Shown: positions 34,028-42,047 of the stretch, piece after piece | Numbering within the stretch: position 1 is the first letter of the stretch | Layout of the letters: each line of letters starts with the position of its first letter | Assembly (NCBI GenBank): GCA_038046005.1 | Contig: JBBSXB010000007.1 | Span: 586 to 64,585, forward strand | DNA from: Nanobdellota archaeon | GTDB taxonomy: Archaea > Nanobdellota > Nanobdellia > Pacearchaeales > GW2011-AR1 | DNA: 64,000 bases | Reading direction: 5' to 3' | Notes under the pieces: model-generated | The model's database searches: none | Told to the model about the DNA's origin: nothing | Seen by the model: the letters and a program-made list of their open reading frames with translations, nothing else | Position numbers and translations under genes: made by a program

Positions 34028-37000
34028 AAAAAATAGCGATTAAGAATGAAAAGCAATTTGCAACTTGGTTTAAAAAGAACTTTAAAAAAATTGGTTACTC
34101 AAAAATTATTAGAGGAGACATTTCAAAATGTCCAGATTTTGTTATGTTAAAAAATGGAAAAGAGGTGAGGGTTGAATTGGAAACTACTTCTTCCAATTTC
34201 ATTGCCCATAAACACTCTTATGACGATGTTGATGAGATTGTTTGTTTAGTTAAAGATGTTAAATTAGATAAGCCGGTGATAGTTGTTGATGAATTAAAAT
34301 ATGAAGGAAAAATGAAAGTTACACTAAGCATAGATAGTAAGACATATTCCGAATTCCAAAAATATTGTGAAGATCATGCCATAATGCTTTTTAAAAAGAT
34401 TGAGCTGGCAATCAAAGATATTATGAAAAAAAAGAGGGTCTTGATGTTTTTTTTGTTTTCTTTTATTTTAATTTTTTCTTTGCAAGGAATTCTTGGCGAC
34501 CAAATATTCTTTGATGGATTTGAATCTGGGGGAGTGGCCAATTGGACTTTATGGAGCAATGCTGGGGCAAACACAAACTGGACTGCTTCTTCGGTAGATC
34601 CTGCTTCTGGATTATTCCATGCTAATGGGAATCCAAGGACAACGAATGATCCTGGAATAGTGATGAATCGAAGCATGAGCACTTTAGGATATCAAAATAT
34701 CACTCTTAATTATTCCAGAAAACTTAACATTGGAACAGCTCTTAAGACATTCAGAGTCAGATGGTATAATGGTAGCACTTGGGCCATTTTGGAAAATGCA
34801 AATAACACTGTGGATTCCGTTTATCTAAATAAGAGTTTTGTTTTTCCGTCTTCTGCTAGCAATAATTCAAATTTTAAAATAAGTTTTGAGTGCACAGAAG
34901 GCACAACGACTGATTTTTGCAGGGTCGATAATGTGAACATAACTGGAAACAGCATCGCTTCAAATACTGCTCTAGGAGTAACAATAAATTCGCCTACAAA
35001 TTTGACTTTTAATGCATCAACTTTGAATCTGAATGTTAGCGTCACTGGCTCAAATATAAGCAGTGTCTGGATTTCTTTAGATGGTGGGCAAAATATTACT
35101 TATGCGCATAGAAATGGCACAATAGACTTTGGATATCTTGACTTAACTTTTGTTGACGATTTTGATTCTTATTCTGAAGGAAGCAACGCCAGCCCAGTGT
35201 GGGATGTCAAGCCCTGGTTTCAAACAGCAATAATAGAGAATAGGACTTACAAACTTTATAACGAGACTGCATTAATTGATGCATTGGCTTCTATAAACGG
35301 TTTTAGTCAGCTGGATTATTGGGCTTCTGCAAAGGTTAGGGTTCCAAGCGGCTCAAATGGAAGTGCTTATCTGACTCCGAGATTTGGCGATGTAAATAAC
35401 AAGTATGAGATCGCTCTGGATTATGATTTCAGCTCTATCAATATAAATAAAGCCGTGAATGGAAATTGGTCTAGTCTGGCTGCTTTGTGGACAGGGAATT
35501 TACCAACGCCTGTTTTTGTTAGCAAGAACGAGTGGCATTTACTTGGCTCTAGGGTGAAAGGGAACAATATTTCTGCTTATGTCGATGGGCAATTAGCATT
35601 GAACGTTACAGATTCAGATTTGAACAATGCAACTTTTTCAGGATTTTCTTTGATAGCTCTGGATGACGTGGCCCTTCACACGGCTTATTTTGACGATTTA
35701 GAAATTCATAAGGAACTAACTTATGGTTCGCATACTTTAACTGTTTATGTAAACAACACTAATGGAGAAATTAATTCAAGTGCTGTGACTTTCTTTATAA
35801 ACACTAGTAGTCAAATCCCATTTTTCTCTAATTATTCTGAGAGTCCCTCTAATAATTCTAATTATTCTCAAGGGCAGTTTTATGAATTTAATGTTACAAT
35901 AACCAGCACTAATGTTTCTGCTGTGAAAATAAACTTTAATGGGACTAACTATACGGCTATATACTCAATGGGAAGCAGTGTCTACTCTTTTAACAGATCT
36001 GATTTAGCTGCTGGCACTTACACTTATTATTGGTGGGCCAACGACAGTTTTGGAAATACAAATACAAGCTCTAGCAGAGATTATGCTGTGACAAAGGCAT
36101 CAACAACAACCAATATCATTGCGGTTCCTAGTTCTCCTATAATCTATGGAACGCAAAGTAATTTCTCATGTTCCAACTCTGCCGGGCTTTCAACAACCTT
36201 ATACATTGATGGAACAGATAAATCAAGCGAAAAAAACATTAATTTAACGAGAGCTGCAGGCAGTTACATTGTCAATTGCACTTCTGTCACCAACCAAAAT
36301 TATTCTGCAAGTTCTCAACAGTCTGCCTATGTTATCAATAATGCCTCTGGCCAGGTCGGATTATCCCTCAATGGTGTTGCAGATAACTTAAGTTTAGTTT
36401 ACCCAAGTCAGATAAACGCTTCAGCTTTAACGCTTTACGGAGCGATAATCATTTATAGGAATGGCGTTGATGTTACTTCGCAAAACAACCAAAATGTAAG
36501 CCTGGGGGCCGATTATTATAATTATACTGCTGTAAGCTATGGAGATGCGAATCATAGTTCAGCCAGTTTAACTTATTGGGTTAATGTAACGCAAAACAGC
36601 TCTGAAATATTCTTATATCTAAATAATTCTAGATTAAATATCACTATTGCTCAAGGGAATACTATTTCCATAAATTCAACACTGCAACAAGGACAGGGAA
36701 ATATATTTGTTTATAATGGAGGAAGCTTGATTTACTGGGGAGATTCTCCATCATATAACTTTACAACTTTTTCATCTTTTGGGCTTTATAATGTAACTGC
36801 AATATACCAACAAACACAAAACTATACAGGTTCTTTTGAAACTTGGTTCGTAAATGTTACAGGAACTTCACAGAATTTGACAGCCACAACTCCTCAAATA
36901 AAATTGTTTTATCCAAGCTATGTCTCGACTTATGGAGATAATGCTGCAATTCCATTAAACTTTTCTGTTGCTGGGAATAACACGCTTTCTTGTTGGTATA

Positions 37001-38589
37001 CCTTTGATGGTTTGAACAATATTTCAATTCCAGGCTGCTTAAACACAACTTTCTTGAAGTCTGATGGATTATACAACCTAACAGTTTATGCAAATGAAAG
37101 CGTGCAAGGGTTGCAGAACTTTACGGCGAAGAGATTTTATGTAAACAACAACAATCCTACGATCCATTTACTTTCCCCTGAAAATGAATTTTACACAAAT
37201 AGAAGTTTGGTTAATTTTAGCTACATTCCAACATCGTTGAATTTAAGCCTTTGCGAATTGTGGGGGAATTTTAGTGGAATGTTTTCATTAAATCAATCCA
37301 ACAATAGTGTTATTTCTGATGTAGCGCAATTATTCCAAAATCGAGAATTAGGTGATGGAGCATATTCTTGGGCGGTTGCCTGTAATGCAAGCGGAAATTA
37401 TTCAATCACCGGTAATAGGACTTTTTTTGTGGACAATAACGCTCCAAATGTGACTCTGACAAATTCAGTCTCTGGAACGCAGTCTTCTGCAGGTGTTAAT
37501 TTTGAATATTTAATCAATGATTCAAGTCCAACAACTTGCTTATTCAATGTGACCTCAATCTCCAGTGGCAGTGTTGTCTTCAGCAACCTGACACAGAGAT
37601 GTGACAATATAATTTTGGTTTTTAACGTTGAGAATTTAACTAATGGTGAATATCAATCAAATTTTGTTGCAACTGATGCTGCAGGAAACTCACAAACTTC
37701 AACAGCTACCTTTACAGTTGTGGTTAATTCAGTCACTACTTCTTCCGGTGGAGGCGGTGGCGGGGGCGGAGGAGCCATTCCATTAAGGTTTGGATTGTCA
37801 ATAAGCAATATCACTGACATAAATGTCAACAATGTTGGAATAAAGAAAATTTTGAGTTTAAAAGCAAAAAATACTGGAACAGGCTATCTTAATGATTGCA
37901 CTTTTAAGAGCAAAGGCGCATTCGCTTCATGGACGACAAAAACTGAAACTAAAGGACTGGCTGCGGGAGAAGGATACGAATTTATTTTTGATGTGAACAT
38001 TCCTGAAAAAACTGTCTCTGGAAATTACAAGATTGAATTGGAAGTGGTCTGCAAAGAAGCTAACGCTTCTACGTCATTTAACATAGCAATCACAGACAAG
38101 GCTTTGGACTTTACATTGGACGGCGTTGAAAGAAGCGGACAGGACAAAGTCAAGGTAGATTATTCCATTGGAGAACTTTTGGGAAAAGACCAGAATGTTG
38201 ACATACAGTTTTTCCTTTATGACAAGGATGGTAAAAAAATAGGAGAGATTAATGAGACAAGATTTGTCAATAAAAGCTCCAAAGAACAGTTTGAAAATTT
38301 TATTCCAATTCCTTCTGACCTTCAAGGTGAAATTGGCCTGTTAATAAATTTCAATTCTGAAAAGTATTCTGGATTTGTGCAGGAAAAAGTCATTCTTGGA
38401 AGCTCAATTAGCGGTTTTACTATTCTTGACAGACTTGGCGGACGTGATAATGTCTTTAGTGTCTTAATTGTCATATTATTTTTAGCATTTGCTTTCTTTA
38501 TTGTCAGAAGGATAAGAAGGCATAATGAATCTGTGAAGCATCATACCAGAAAAATGATAAGTTCCTATGTCAAAAAGAGAAAAGGCTAA
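34024..38589 (+). CDS. 1,521-aa ORF: N-terminal PD-(D/E)xK-like plus RHH-like module (aa 1-133) continuous with a giant sequon-rich surface protein (internal ATG and signal peptide at 34423; C-terminal TM anchor)
   Basis: aa 1-133 contain GYSKIIRGDISKCPDFVMLKNGKEVRVELE and KVTLSIDSKTYSEFQKY. These are followed by MKKKRVLMFFLFSFILIFSLQGILG, a DGFESG module, many Ig-like segments, a GGGGGGGG linker, two beta-sandwich-like domains, and the TM helix VLIVILFLAFAFFIV with an RRIRRH tail. Confidence 0.8.
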   Translation: MKKIAIKNEKQFATWFKKNFKKIGYSKIIRGDISKCPDFVMLKNGKEVRVELETTSSNFIAHKHSYDDVDEIVCLVKDVKLDKPVIVVDELKYEGKMKVTLSIDSKTYSEFQKYCEDHAIMLFKKIELAIKDIMKKKRVLMFFLFSFILIFSLQGILGDQIFFDGFESGGVANWTLWSNAGANTNWTASSVDPASGLFHANGNPRTTNDPGIVMNRSMSTLGYQNITLNYSRKLNIGTALKTFRVRWYNGSTWAILENANNTVDSVYLNKSFVFPSSASNNSNFKISFECTEGTTTDFCRVDNVNITGNSIASNTALGVTINSPTNLTFNASTLNLNVSVTGSNISSVWISLDGGQNITYAHRNGTIDFGYLDLTFVDDFDSYSEGSNASPVWDVKPWFQTAIIENRTYKLYNETALIDALASINGFSQLDYWASAKVRVPSGSNGSAYLTPRFGDVNNKYEIALDYDFSSININKAVNGNWSSLAALWTGNLPTPVFVSKNEWHLLGSRVKGNNISAYVDGQLALNVTDSDLNNATFSGFSLIALDDVALHTAYFDDLEIHKELTYGSHTLTVYVNNTNGEINSSAVTFFINTSSQIPFFSNYSESPSNNSNYSQGQFYEFNVTITSTNVSAVKINFNGTNYTAIYSMGSSVYSFNRSDLAAGTYTYYWWANDSFGNTNTSSSRDYAVTKASTTTNIIAVPSSPIIYGTQSNFSCSNSAGLSTTLYIDGTDKSSEKNINLTRAAGSYIVNCTSVTNQNYSASSQQSAYVINNASGQVGLSLNGVADNLSLVYPSQINASALTLYGAIIIYRNGVDVTSQNNQNVSLGADYYNYTAVSYGDANHSSASLTYWVNVTQNSSEIFLYLNNSRLNITIAQGNTISINSTLQQGQGNIFVYNGGSLIYWGDSPSYNFTTFSSFGLYNVTAIYQQTQNYTGSFETWFVNVTGTSQNLTATTPQIKLFYPSYVSTYGDNAAIPLNFSVAGNNTLSCWYTFDGLNNISIPGCLNTTFLKSDGLYNLTVYANESVQGLQNFTAKRFYVNNNNPTIHLLSPENEFYTNRSLVNFSYIPTSLNLSLCELWGNFSGMFSLNQSNNSVISDVAQLFQNRELGDGAYSWAVACNASGNYSITGNRTFFVDNNAPNVTLTNSVSGTQSSAGVNFEYLINDSSPTTCLFNVTSISSGSVVFSNLTQRCDNIILVFNVENLTNGEYQSNFVATDAAGNSQTSTATFTVVVNSVTTSSGGGGGGGGGAIPLRFGLSISNITDINVNNVGIKKILSLKAKNTGTGYLNDCTFKSKGAFASWTTKTETKGLAAGEGYEFIFDVNIPEKTVSGNYKIELEVVCKEANASTSFNIAITDKALDFTLDGVERSGQDKVKVDYSIGELLGKDQNVDIQFFLYDKDGKKIGEINETRFVNKSSKEQFENFIPIPSDLQGEIGLLINFNSEKYSGFVQEKVILGSSISGFTILDRLGGRDNVFSVLIVILFLAFAFFIVRRIRRHNESVKHHTRKMISSYVKKRKG

Positions 38590-38849
38590 TTTTTTACTTT
38601 GATTCTGCCAATAGAAACTTTTTTGTTTAAACGCTTTAATTTGGATTCAACATCTTTTTTGTCTTTTGTTAATTTTCTTAATATTTTTGCCTCTTTTCTT
38701 TTGATATCTATTATCTCTTTTTCTTTTACTTCTGTTTTTCTTTTATCATTATTGGAAACTCTCTTTTTTATTAATAAGTACACAAGAATTATTACAAGTA
38801 TAATCACAATTACAATTGTGGACATATTAATATCACTATAATTTACCAT
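38586..38849 (-). CDS. small TM plus K/E-rich coiled-coil protein
   Basis: TIVIVIILVIILVYLLI followed by a charged helix. It is the last gene of the minus-strand surface cluster. Confidence 0.4.
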   Translation of the reverse strand: MVNYSDINMSTIVIVIILVIILVYLLIKKRVSNNDKRKTEVKEKEIIDIKRKEAKILRKLTKDKKDVESKLKRLNKKVSIGRIKVKN

Positions 38850-38890
38850 ATTATCTTCTTTTCTTTGATAGGTTTCTTTTATATAAAAAA

Positions 38891-40486
38891 CTATCTTTTT
38901 TTCTTTAGTGTAAAGATTATTAATATTATAAGTATGATTATAACAATAACTAACATTATATTCTGCCAGCTCATATGTTCTTCAGATACGACATTAAACC
39001 ATGTGGAACTGCTTGCTGTTTCGTTGTCATAGTTTGCTTTGGCCTGTAGAATATAGTTTCCTAACTTTGCAGAAGATGGGATTTTTATTTCTTTTACAAA
39101 ACTTGTCTGGGTTTCTACGGCGATGCTTTCATCTTCCCTTGAAATGATATTTTCGTCCATGTCTTTGATTGTGTAGGTTACTTCTGTATCAACTCTGCCT
39201 GTTTTACCCAAGCTGAATATTTGTATATTTGCAAAGATTTCTCCGCCAGGTGCTACGTTTAGGAATGCTTTAGGTATTTCTATTTTCAAATCAAACAAAG
39301 CTTTTTTGGAGCTGACATCAATAGCCATTAAAATTTCTTTTTTCATACTCTCTGTGCTTATAATTATTTTACCAAGATATAAACCCGGAGCAGTAGTTAC
39401 TCTTGCCAGAAGGTATAATGGAATTGTTTTTGATTCGCCAGGATTTAAAACAACCATATCTTCTCCTCTTACTACAAAATCGGTAAAGAGATTTTCTATT
39501 TCAACTTTTATAGTCTGACTTCCTGGATTGGTTATTATGATTTCTTCTGTTTTAACCTCTCCTTGCTTCAATTTTATAGTTATCTTTTCTTGGTCTAGCG
39601 TGAAATTGTCTGAGGCTTTTTGTGCGCTGCCTCCTCCACCTCCAGAGGAACTTACTACTGAGCCTGTTTGAGAACTGGCTGGTGTTTCTTCTGTGGTGTA
39701 AGTTGAAAATTGAGTTACAGTGAAAGTTAATATTCCGTTAGAATAACTTTGTGTGGAACAAATTGATGCAGGACAAACTGCTCCATCTTTTAAAATTCTT
39801 GGATTTGTAAATATTAAATTATATAGAGTTAGAGTTGCGGATTTGTTTAAGTTTGGAAGGGCTGTTGAATTTATTTCTATTCTATTGAATGAGATGTTTG
39901 TGTTGGTGTCTAAATCAAGTTCACTGTCGCTTGAGTTTAAATCGTCCGTCAAATTTATCAGCTCATCAAAGTGGATTTTTCCATAATCAGTCTTTTCTAA
40001 AACTAGACCATTAAGATCTTGGATTTCATTGTAGCCGGAAATATTCAAGTTGGTTGAATTTCCCTTGTAGAGTCCTGAAAATTCTTCATAATGTACCGTA
40101 AATTTAGAAAGATTTACAAAGAAACTTACGTTTTTTGCTGTAAGTCCATAGGTGTTATTTGCATATAGATAAATGGTGTGACTTCCAGAACTTACGTTAA
40201 AATAAGTTGAAGACGTGATTGTCGTATTTGCAGAATTGTCTATATTGTAGAATATGTAACTCGCATAACGAGATGTGAAATTTAATAAAAGAGACTGGTT
40301 GTTAAAGTAAGTATCATTTTTTGGAGTTATTATTGTCAATTCTGGAGGACCGACAACGCTTATGTTTATGGCCACGTTCGAGCTGACTGCTTCTCCAACA
40401 GGCTTCCCTCTTTCAGCTATCCTCATAGAAACCAGTATTAAAAGAAGCAATAAAATTGAGCATCCAAATACCACCCATCTTTTCAT
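38891..40486 (-). CDS. surface protein (531 aa) with poly-Gly linker, beta-sandwich domains and C-terminal TM anchor
   Basis: Signal peptide, sequon-rich N-terminal half, a SSSGGGGGS linker, then two CARDB-like segments (NPGESKTIPLYL; SSAKLGNYIL) and the TM helix LVIVIIILIILIIF with a KKKR tail. The C-terminal architecture matches that of the 1,521-aa protein. Confidence 0.75.
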   Translation of the reverse strand: MKRWVVFGCSILLLLLILVSMRIAERGKPVGEAVSSNVAINISVVGPPELTIITPKNDTYFNNQSLLLNFTSRYASYIFYNIDNSANTTITSSTYFNVSSGSHTIYLYANNTYGLTAKNVSFFVNLSKFTVHYEEFSGLYKGNSTNLNISGYNEIQDLNGLVLEKTDYGKIHFDELINLTDDLNSSDSELDLDTNTNISFNRIEINSTALPNLNKSATLTLYNLIFTNPRILKDGAVCPASICSTQSYSNGILTFTVTQFSTYTTEETPASSQTGSVVSSSGGGGGSAQKASDNFTLDQEKITIKLKQGEVKTEEIIITNPGSQTIKVEIENLFTDFVVRGEDMVVLNPGESKTIPLYLLARVTTAPGLYLGKIIISTESMKKEILMAIDVSSKKALFDLKIEIPKAFLNVAPGGEIFANIQIFSLGKTGRVDTEVTYTIKDMDENIISREDESIAVETQTSFVKEIKIPSSAKLGNYILQAKANYDNETASSSTWFNVVSEEHMSWQNIMLVIVIIILIILIIFTLKKKR

Positions 40487-40516
40487 AAATTAAATACACT
40501 TAAAATATATTTAAAC

Positions 40517-41098
40517 CTATTGCGATTGTTTTTTCACTTGCTTTTTGGCTTTCATTACAAGGAAGAATATTATAATCACAACTATCAAAATAGCGATTAT
40601 CAACCATATTGCAGTGTTAGTTGTTTCTTTTGGCTGTTCTTTTGGAGTTGCTGAAGTGTTTACGCCTTGGCTTATCACCACTATAGGTATGTTTGTCGTG
40701 AAACCGCTTGCAACCTGTACCATTTGACCTGAGCCGGAAGCAATTTGCTGGAAGGATACAGTTACTGTGTAAGAATCTCCCGCTTTTGCGTTTGAAGGAA
40801 TGTCTATTTTAACATTTACAGGAACATCATCCTTTCCAAAAGGGACAAAGTAATTCAGATTTTTGTCAATCAAAGTGGCCACTCCTGCATTGTTTGTCAA
40901 ATTTGCGATTAGCGTTATATCTTCATTCCCAACCATATTCTGGAGCGTCAGTGCAACTGTTTTTGATTCTCCAGGAGTCATTGTCAATGGATCGCTAGCC
41001 CAGTATGGTGTTACAACTCCTGAAGCGCTGGCATATGAAATTGCTAGAATTCCAAAGAGGAATAACAATCCAATTTTTGTGTATTTTGTGTTTATCAT
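40517..41098 (-). CDS. small surface protein with C-terminal TM anchor
   Basis: Signal peptide, one beta-sandwich-like domain (TPGESKTVALTLQN...AKAGDSYTVTVSF), and the TM helix WLIIAILIVVIIIFFLV with a basic tail. Confidence 0.65.
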   Translation of the reverse strand: MINTKYTKIGLLFLFGILAISYASASGVVTPYWASDPLTMTPGESKTVALTLQNMVGNEDITLIANLTNNAGVATLIDKNLNYFVPFGKDDVPVNVKIDIPSNAKAGDSYTVTVSFQQIASGSGQMVQVASGFTTNIPIVVISQGVNTSATPKEQPKETTNTAIWLIIAILIVVIIIFFLVMKAKKQVKKQSQ

Positions 41099-41105
41099 TT
41101 TATTT

Positions 41106-42038
41106 TTATGCTACTGCAACACTCCAAGCACCATACGCAGATGACGAATATGATTGCTGGCTTATTGATGGGGGAAGCCCTTTAAGGCAGAAATAAATCT
41201 GTTCCTGCCCCGATGTCTCATTATTGTTATTTATAGAATTGTTCCCTTTGAATAATATAGACGAAGTGACATTTGTCGATGTTGCGTTAACCATTGCTGT
41301 TCCCGTACATCCTTGCGAGGTATTTTCAACTGTGAAATTTGCAGCATATATAAAGTCAGTAATTGTCGTTTCACCTCTAAGGTTGTATGATGTAACGTTG
41401 ACACTTAGCGCATTTGCATTACCTGTATTGTTAACGATGATTGGATCATTATTTGAACCAACATCTGTGTCGGTAGATGAAAGTGTCTGCCATGTCATTG
41501 CTGTTGGAGACATTGCCATTGCCGTAAGCAAATTGTAGGTGAAAGTTGGTGTTGAATTTGTAGCGTACCCTCCATTTTTATCAGTTATTGTTGTGTTGAC
41601 TGTCCATGCACCATTCACATCATAATAGTACATGTTTATAGTGCATGTAAAATTAATATTATTTCCTACACCAACAGAAAGATTTATGCAAGAAGTATTT
41701 GATCTTGTGGTTTCGCTTGCTTTCTGAAAATAGGCTGTTGCGGTGCTCGTGTTAATGTTCGAAGCTCCGTCAGTGTCTGTTGCGGTGAAATTAAAAGTTA
41801 TTGACTTTGTTGTTGATTCTGTCGGGTTTTGTGCAGAGATTGCATTAACTATTGGGATTGTTGGGGCTGAATTTCCCAAAGTAATGTTTAGTGTTGTGGT
41901 GCTGCTTGTTGCAAATCCAGTTATCTCTGCTACTTTGTTAAAAAAGTTAGTATGATTTAAAACCAATATTAAGAATATCAGCAGAACAGCTCCAGCAATA
42001 AAATACACTCCTCCTTTACCCATCAAGGTTTTAGTCAT
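41106..42038 (-). CDS. truncated paralog (310 aa) of the C-terminal extracellular part of the 1,501-aa surface protein
   Basis: It has its own N-terminal anchor (VYFIAGAVLLIFLILVL). From APTIPIVNAISAQ onward it is homologous to the upstream large gene, including 422 nt of perfect identity. Confidence 0.7.
   Translation of the reverse strand: MTKTLMGKGGVYFIAGAVLLIFLILVLNHTNFFNKVAEITGFATSSTTTLNITLGNSAPTIPIVNAISAQNPTESTTKSITFNFTATDTDGASNINTSTATAYFQKASETTRSNTSCINLSVGVGNNINFTCTINMYYYDVNGAWTVNTTITDKNGGYATNSTPTFTYNLLTAMAMSPTAMTWQTLSSTDTDVGSNNDPIIVNNTGNANALSVNVTSYNLRGETTITDFIYAANFTVENTSQGCTGTAMVNATSTNVTSSILFKGNNSINNNNETSGQEQIYFCLKGLPPSISQQSYSSSAYGAWSVAVA
41124..41545. repeat. 422-bp perfect direct repeat, copy 1 (in the 310-aa gene)
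   Basis: Identical base for base, compared by eye, to 42645-43066 (offset 1,521 bp). The flanks are diverged and mosaic. Confidence 0.9.
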
Positions 42039-42047
42039 TTTTCCTTT

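Noticed and set aside
37741-37775. G-rich tract GGTGGAGGCGGTGGCGGGGGCGGAGGAG, and its counterpart at 39631-39650 on the other strand, considered as possible G-quadruplex or repeat elements.
   Set aside because: Both are in frame and encode poly-Gly linkers (SSGGGGGGGG / SSGGGGGS) between domains of surface proteins. Coding constraint explains them.
41224-41538. Two identical 104-aa plus-strand ORFs (41224-41538 and 42745-43059) that could look like a duplicated small gene.
   Set aside because: They lie antisense to the sequon-rich surface-protein genes and are simply shadows of the 422-bp perfect repeat. Their composition (V/F/L/S-rich) is typical of antisense frames, and the sense frames encode long, coherent proteins.
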